DNA of 32,000 bases from Delftia acidovorans NBRC 14950 (GTDB lineage: Bacteria; Pseudomonadota; Gammaproteobacteria; Burkholderiales; Burkholderiaceae_C). Below the pieces are notes generated by a model. That model did not search any database and was not told where the DNA came from. It was given only the letters and a program-made list of their open reading frames with translations. This document shows, piece by piece, positions 27,634 through 32,000 of this stretch. The stretch covers positions 1 to 32,000 of the forward strand of contig NZ_BCZP01000023.1 of NCBI RefSeq assembly GCF_001598795.1. The letters run 5' to 3'. Every line of letters begins with the position of its first letter. The first letter of the stretch is position 1. Position numbers and translations under genes: made by a program.

Positions 27634-28128
27634 ATGGCAATCACACACTGCCTGACATCCGACAGCGCATGGCCGAATGGCGCAATTCGCCGCCGCTGGA
27701 GTCCCGCAGAACTGCTTGCACTCGAACGCTGGGCCGGCGTCCTGCCCGTGCAGATGATCTGCCGCCGGCTGAACCGCAGCGAGCGCTCCGTTCGCTGCCA
27801 GATGCACAGGCGCGGCCTGAGCACCCGGGTCCGCGAGGGCGTCGGGCTGCGGCAGGTCTGCGAGGACCTGCAGCTGTCCGCACGGACGGTGAAGGCTTTC
27901 ATCCTCGATGGCCGCCTGCGCCTGCACAGCGCACAGGTGCATGGCGGGGTGGTGGCGCAGCTTCATTGGTCCCTGCGCCGCTGGCTGCAGACGGCGCAAA
28001 GCCGCTTGTGCCGTGTCAGCCATTTGAGGGTTACCGAGACATCTCTCAGGCGCTTTGCGCGGGAAGCGGATTTCGGCGCATCAGGCAGCCGCACGGACGC
28101 GGCATGGCAACACTGGGCATCCGGCTAG
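27634..28128 (+). CDS. Hypothetical DNA-binding protein with a GcrA-like/Myb-like N-terminal motif plus a second HTH-like segment
   Basis: An RBS (GGGAG) lies 6 nt before the ATG at 27634. RWSPAELLALERWAGVLPVQMICRRLNRSERSVRCQMHRRGLSTR parallels the GcrA N-terminal pattern W-x2-E-x3-L-x2-W-x-G-L-S-x-S-Q-I-A...R-N-A-V-x-G-K-x-H-R-L-G-L-S-x-R. LRQVCEDLQLSARTVKAFILDGRL resembles an excisionase/MerR-type HTH. Confidence 0.45.
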   Translation: MAITHCLTSDSAWPNGAIRRRWSPAELLALERWAGVLPVQMICRRLNRSERSVRCQMHRRGLSTRVREGVGLRQVCEDLQLSARTVKAFILDGRLRLHSAQVHGGVVAQLHWSLRRWLQTAQSRLCRVSHLRVTETSLRRFAREADFGASGSRTDAAWQHWASG

Positions 28129-28250
28129 GCCCTGAATGTCCAGCAGCGGTTTCGGCCCTTCGCCTACGACTGCCGCGAGCGCCAGCATGCAGACTGGCAC
28201 GCATGTCCCATGGCAGGCGAGGCAGTCATCTCGACCATCTGTCGGCACTT

Positions 28251-28306
28251 CAGTCGGCACTTCCGTCGGCACACCTTTCGGCACATCCACCGGCAGCTGA
28301 GACCTC
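28251..28306 (+). repeat. Four to five direct repeats with exact 12-nt period (core TCGGCAC)
   Basis: GTCGGCACTTCA / GTCGGCACTTCC / GTCGGCACACCT / TTCGGCACATCC / ACCGGCAG.., lying 40-95 nt upstream of the flavoprotein ATG at 28345. Confidence 0.85.
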
Positions 28307-28344
28307 CACGGGACCTGGTGCCACAGTCAAAGGAATCAGACAGC

Positions 28345-29769
28345 ATGAAAAACCCACCCACCACCGCCCTCGACGTGATCATCGTCGGTGCCGGCTCGGC
28401 CGGACTGTCGGCGCTGCGCGAGGTGCGCAAGCACACGGAGCATTTCGCCATCGTCAACGACGGGCCCTGGGGAACGACCTGCGCGCGGGTGGGATGCATG
28501 CCGTCCAAGTTGCTGATCGAGGCGGCCAACGCCTTCCATGCACGCAATCACTTCGATGCCTTCGGCATACGCGGCGCGAGCGGGCTGCAGCTGGACCTGC
28601 CCGCCGTTTTGCGCCGCGTGCGCAAGCTGCGCGACGAGTTCGTGGCAAGCACGATCAAGGCCACGGAGGGCCTGGGCTGGCGGGCCATCGATGGGCGTGC
28701 CAGGCTGCTGGCAGCCAATCGGATCGAGGTCAATGGCAAGGTGCTGGCTGCGCGCAAGCTCATCCTCGCTCCGGGCTCCAGCCCCGTGGTGCCGGAGGAA
28801 TGGAAGCGCTTTGGCAAGCGCATCCTGACCACCGACACCTTGTTCGAACGCAAGACGCTGGGCCCGCGCGTGGCCGTCGTCGGCCTGGGTCCGCTGGGCG
28901 TGGAGATTGCACAGGCGCTGGCGCGGCTGGGACTGGAGGTCACCGCACTGGGACGCGGCCCGAAGCTTGCCGGCCTGTCCGACCCGAATGTCACCGACGC
29001 ATTGCGGCATCTGCTTGAGAAAGAGATGGTGGTGATCACCGACCATGAAGTGCAGTTGAGCAAGGGCCCGGACAGCAGCATCGTCGTGCGTGCAGGCGAC
29101 ACCCGCATCGTCGTGGACCATGTGGTGGCCGCCATGGGCCGGCGCCCGCAGCTCGAAGGCCTGGGCCTTGAGACACTGGGGCTTGAGCTGGACGAGCACG
29201 GGCAGCCGCCCGTGAGCCGGCAGACACTGCAGGTCGGCGAGCTGCCGCTGTTCCTCGCGGGCGATGCCAATGGCGACCGCCCCTTGTTGCACGAGGCCGT
29301 GGATGAAGGCCATATCGCGGGCACCAACGCGATGGCAGAGAACGTGGCCTGCTTCGAGCGGCGCACGCCGCTGTCCATTGTCTTCAGCTCGCCCCAGGCA
29401 GCCGTCGTGGGCCAGCCCATGAAGGCGCTGCTGGGTCAGGACTTTGTGGTGGGCCGTGTGGACTTTGCGCACCAGGGACGCGCCCGTGCTGCGCAGCGCA
29501 ACGCGGGCCTGCTTCACGTCTATGCGGACCCGGCCAGCGGCCTGCTGCTGGGCGCGGAAATGTGCGCACCGGGCGGCGAGCATCTGGCCCATCTGCTGGC
29601 CCTGGCCGTGCAGCAGCAACTGACCGTGCACGAGTTGCTGCGTGCGCCCTTCTACCACCCCGTGCTGGAAGAGGGCCTGCGCACCGCCCTGCGCGACGCG
29701 GTAAGCCAGTTGCGCGAGCAGCCGCCGTCCGACCTGGGCAACTGTGCTCCCTTGCCCATGGACGATTGA
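28345..29769 (+). CDS. Class I pyridine nucleotide-disulfide oxidoreductase (dihydrolipoyl dehydrogenase family)
   Basis: An RBS (AAGGAA) precedes the ATG. It has the FAD Rossmann DVIIVGAGSAGLSA, the redox-active disulfide GTTCARVGCMPSK, a second Rossmann VAVVGLGPLGVEIAQAL and a C-terminal dimerisation domain with HP (FYHPVLEE). Confidence 0.9.
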   Translation: MKNPPTTALDVIIVGAGSAGLSALREVRKHTEHFAIVNDGPWGTTCARVGCMPSKLLIEAANAFHARNHFDAFGIRGASGLQLDLPAVLRRVRKLRDEFVASTIKATEGLGWRAIDGRARLLAANRIEVNGKVLAARKLILAPGSSPVVPEEWKRFGKRILTTDTLFERKTLGPRVAVVGLGPLGVEIAQALARLGLEVTALGRGPKLAGLSDPNVTDALRHLLEKEMVVITDHEVQLSKGPDSSIVVRAGDTRIVVDHVVAAMGRRPQLEGLGLETLGLELDEHGQPPVSRQTLQVGELPLFLAGDANGDRPLLHEAVDEGHIAGTNAMAENVACFERRTPLSIVFSSPQAAVVGQPMKALLGQDFVVGRVDFAHQGRARAAQRNAGLLHVYADPASGLLLGAEMCAPGGEHLAHLLALAVQQQLTVHELLRAPFYHPVLEEGLRTALRDAVSQLREQPPSDLGNCAPLPMDD

Positions 29770-29797
29770 TCGCGCGCGGCCCAGGGCCGCACGCGGA

Positions 29798-31618
29798 TCA
29801 AGCCCGGGGCGCGCTCTGCGGTGCGCTTCCTTCCGACAGCGTCCACCCGCCATTGCCATCGACCGCCAGCGCGTGGGTATGGAAACCCGCCAGCGTGCTG
29901 CGGTGGCCAACGCTCACCAGCATGGTCGAGCGCATCTGCTCGCGCAGCAGGGTGTACAGCGCATGCTCCAGGCCCTCGTCCATGGCCGAGGTGGATTCAT
30001 CGAGAAAGACGATGGCGGGCCGGTTGAACAGCACGCGGGCAAAGGCCAGGCGCTGCTGCTCGCCAATCGACAGGATGCGGGACCAATCCTGGTTGACATC
30101 CAGCTTGTCGGCCAGATGGGCCAGGCTGACCTGGCGCAGCGCCTGCCGCAGCCGCTCGTCGTCCTGCGGCGATGCATCGGCGGGATAGGCAATGGCTGTG
30201 CGCAGGTCACCCAGCGGCAGATACGGACGCTGAGACAGGAACAGCGCCTGGTGGCCGCCCGGGCGGCCCACCGTGCCTTCGGCGTGCGGCCACAGGCCGG
30301 CAATGGACCGCAGCAAGGTGGTCTTGCCGCTGCCCGAAGGCCCCTTGATCAGCAGCGCCTGGCCGGGAATGAGCTTCAGTTGCAGGCCGCTGATCAGGTG
30401 GTGGCCATCAGGGCGGCTGACCTGCAGGCCCTCGATGTCCAGGGCGCCGGGTTGCTCTCTGTGGACGACCTGGGGCAGTTCGCGGGTCTGGGCATTGGCA
30501 TCCAGAAAGCCGCACAGGCGGTCCAGCGCAGCGCGGTACTGGGCGAAGGTGTCGTAGGAGGTTCGGAAGAAGGACAGCGCATCCTGCACCTGCCCAAAGG
30601 CCTGCGAGGTCTGCATCACATCACCGAGCTTGATGGCACCGCTGAAAAAGCGCGGCGCCTGCAGCAGAAAGGGAAAGACCACGGCCACCTGGTTGACGGT
30701 GAGGTTGAAGCCGTCGAACTTCAGGCTGCGGTAGACCAGCGCCCAGACATTGGCGATCAACGCCGAGAAGCGCGTCAAAAGCGTGTTGCGCTCGATGGCC
30801 GCGCCCTGGTAGAAGGCGATGTTCTCCGCATATTCACGCACGCGCACCAGGGCGTAGCGGAAGTTGGCGGTGAGCCTCTCGTTCAGGAAGTTCAGCCGGA
30901 TCAGCGGCTGGCCCAGGCGAAAGGCGATCAGCGTGGCGACGATCACATAGACGTAGACCGCAAAGACCATGGCCCGCGGAACCTCCACGCCCGCCACGGC
31001 AATGGGCGCGGACAGCCCCCAGAGAATGCCCGTGAACGCCACCAGCGAGACCACGGCGCTGACGGCGCCCAGCGCCAGGGTCAGCGAGTTCGAGACAAAG
31101 GTGTTCACATCCAGCTCGATGCGCTGATCGGGGTTGTCCACCGGCTCGTCCAGGAAGTGGCTGCGGTAGTAGGCATCGCCGCGCATCCAGTCGGTGGTCA
31201 CGCGCTCGTTGAGCCAGACCCGCCAGCGGATGCGGAACGCCTGGTTCACGTAGTAGTTGAACAGCTCGCGCATCACATGGATGGTGGCCAGCACCGCGAA
31301 GATGCCCAGGAATCGCCAAAAGCCCTTCTGGTCCAATTCCTGCAGCGCGCTGTAGAAGCCGTTGTACCAAAAGGAGAACAGCACGTTCATGCGCACCGAG
31401 ACCAGGGCCAGCACCAGCAGCAGCATGAACACCAGCAGCGGCCACCAGCTGTTTCTGGGGTGCAGGAACGGGCCGGCCAGCTGCCAGAACTGCCGACCCC
31501 AGCGGGTGAATCGAACCAGCAGCAGCGCCACGGCCGCGAAAGCCACGACGGTGATCACTGAGGCCGCCGCCAGCCAGACCAGGCTTTCCTGCAGCGCCTT
31601 GCTCCAATCCATGTCCAT
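29798..31618 (-). CDS. Fused ABC transporter permease/ATP-binding protein (YddA / SbmA-BacA-like membrane domain)
   Basis: 606 aa. The N-terminal half is hydrophobic with SFWYNGFYSALQ (ABC_membrane_2 style). The C-terminal NBD has Walker A (GPSGSGKTTL), the signature LSIGEQQRLAFAR and Walker B (IVFLDESTSAMD). Confidence 0.92.
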   Translation of the reverse strand: MDMDWSKALQESLVWLAAASVITVVAFAAVALLLVRFTRWGRQFWQLAGPFLHPRNSWWPLLVFMLLLVLALVSVRMNVLFSFWYNGFYSALQELDQKGFWRFLGIFAVLATIHVMRELFNYYVNQAFRIRWRVWLNERVTTDWMRGDAYYRSHFLDEPVDNPDQRIELDVNTFVSNSLTLALGAVSAVVSLVAFTGILWGLSAPIAVAGVEVPRAMVFAVYVYVIVATLIAFRLGQPLIRLNFLNERLTANFRYALVRVREYAENIAFYQGAAIERNTLLTRFSALIANVWALVYRSLKFDGFNLTVNQVAVVFPFLLQAPRFFSGAIKLGDVMQTSQAFGQVQDALSFFRTSYDTFAQYRAALDRLCGFLDANAQTRELPQVVHREQPGALDIEGLQVSRPDGHHLISGLQLKLIPGQALLIKGPSGSGKTTLLRSIAGLWPHAEGTVGRPGGHQALFLSQRPYLPLGDLRTAIAYPADASPQDDERLRQALRQVSLAHLADKLDVNQDWSRILSIGEQQRLAFARVLFNRPAIVFLDESTSAMDEGLEHALYTLLREQMRSTMLVSVGHRSTLAGFHTHALAVDGNGGWTLSEGSAPQSAPRA

Positions 31619-31903
31619 GCCGGAGATCCTCGGGTTGTGTGGGTGGAGAGAATCTACTCCTGTTCAGGCAGGCCGGCGGGCAGGCCCGGGTGCATGCCGG
31701 CAGCAAGCCATCTGCGCTTGCAATGCCCCCATCGCCGTTGCCGATGGGGCCGCTGCCAACGAGGCCGCTGCGCAGGATTAATATTCCGTGCGTGCCACCC
31801 CGAGGCAGGCACGGAGACAGGATCGGCCCGCACGGTTCCACCCCATGACAACAGCGATGCCGTCCCCGGGCCCTGCCCGGGCGGCCCAGACACAAGCCAG
31901 AAC

Positions 31904-32000
31904 ATGCCCGCATCGCCGCCCCAGGCTTCCCCGCCACACGACACCGCCGATGCGCCTGCCCAGCGCCCCGCCCCCTCCAACCTGCGCGACCTGTTCTGGT
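31904..32000 (+). CDS. Possible 5' end of a gene running off the window (unknown product)
   Basis: The ATG at 31904 opens a frame that stays open to the window edge (MPASPPQASPPHDTADAPAQRPAPSNLRDLFW). My hand-counted GC3 is about 87%. There is no clear SD. Confidence 0.3.
   Translation, partial: MPASPPQASPPHDTADAPAQRPAPSNLRDLFW

Noticed and set aside
28190-28210. Sigma-54 promoter (TGGCAC at 28192, and GGCAC inside each repeat)
   Set aside because: The -12 element is missing: TGGCAC-N5-TCCCA instead of TTGCA, with CC where the invariant GC should be. The GG-N10-GC spacing is not met in the repeats either.
28081-28290. 69-aa minus-strand ORF with VPTEVPTEVPTD repeats
   Set aside because: The peptide repeat is just the 12-nt DNA repeat read in frame. 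There is no RBS, and the ORF overlaps the end of the GcrA-like gene.
28251-28306. Possible CRISPR array
   Set aside because: The units are 12 nt and contiguous with no spacers, there are only 4-5 copies, and there are no cas genes. It is a simple tandem repeat.
25275-28344. Calling the islet a mobile element or genomic island with defined ends
   Set aside because: There is no integrase, transposase or recombinase, no terminal inverted or direct repeats that I could find, and no adjacent tRNA. The composition shift alone is not enough to call a mobile element.
28336-31561. Long antisense ORFs (28336..29910 minus, 29744..31561 plus) opposite the flavoprotein and ABC transporter genes
   Set aside because: The opposite strands carry clear Rossmann/CxxxxC and Walker A/B/signature motifs. 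These frames have none and are Arg/Ala/Gly-rich shadows.
31654-31980. Minus-strand ORFs 31654..31980 and 30834..31937 in the right-hand intergenic region
   Set aside because: They are Gly/Arg/Pro/Ala-rich low-complexity translations that partly overlap the ABC transporter. The plus-strand frame from 31904 has a much better third-position GC bias.

Overview
This is a high-GC chromosomal window that looks betaproteobacterial (Burkholderiales or Comamonadaceae-like, inferred from a Bug/TctC-family binding protein and overall protein style; no search was run). Most of it is ordinary core genome. From the left: two tandem tRNA-Val(CAC) genes, dnaQ, and a complete ISC iron-sulfur operon (iscR-iscS-iscU-iscA-hscB-hscA-fdx, all minus strand). 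Next come uvrB, an aspartate/aromatic aminotransferase, a family III CoA-transferase, a membrane PAS-GGDEF-EAL protein and a YgiQ radical-SAM protein. A minus-strand module follows: unlisted 56-aa ORF, terminator hairpins, LuxR-type regulator, palindrome, FAD aromatic-ring monooxygenase, DUF2783-like small protein and an AraC regulator. After that are yigZ, an M20 amidohydrolase with a Bug binding protein and divergent LysR regulator, a dihydrolipoyl-dehydrogenase-family flavoprotein and a YddA-type fused ABC transporter. The only clearly accessory stretch is about 25.3-28.3 kb. Part of it drops to about 35% GC. It carries an 8-blade HAF-repeat secreted protein, a frameshifted HAF paralogue, an orphan 81-aa secreted ORF, a divergent GcrA-like/HTH small protein and a 12-nt-period direct-repeat array. 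I found no recognisable defence, CRISPR, transposase, integrase or toxin enzymes, so I cannot point to a well-defined novel multi-gene system. The two least-explained loci are the luxR leader/small-ORF/monooxygenase module (19.8-21.2 kb) and the low-GC HAF island (25.3-28.3 kb). All protein calls rest on motif recognition by eye from the supplied translations. No database search was possible.
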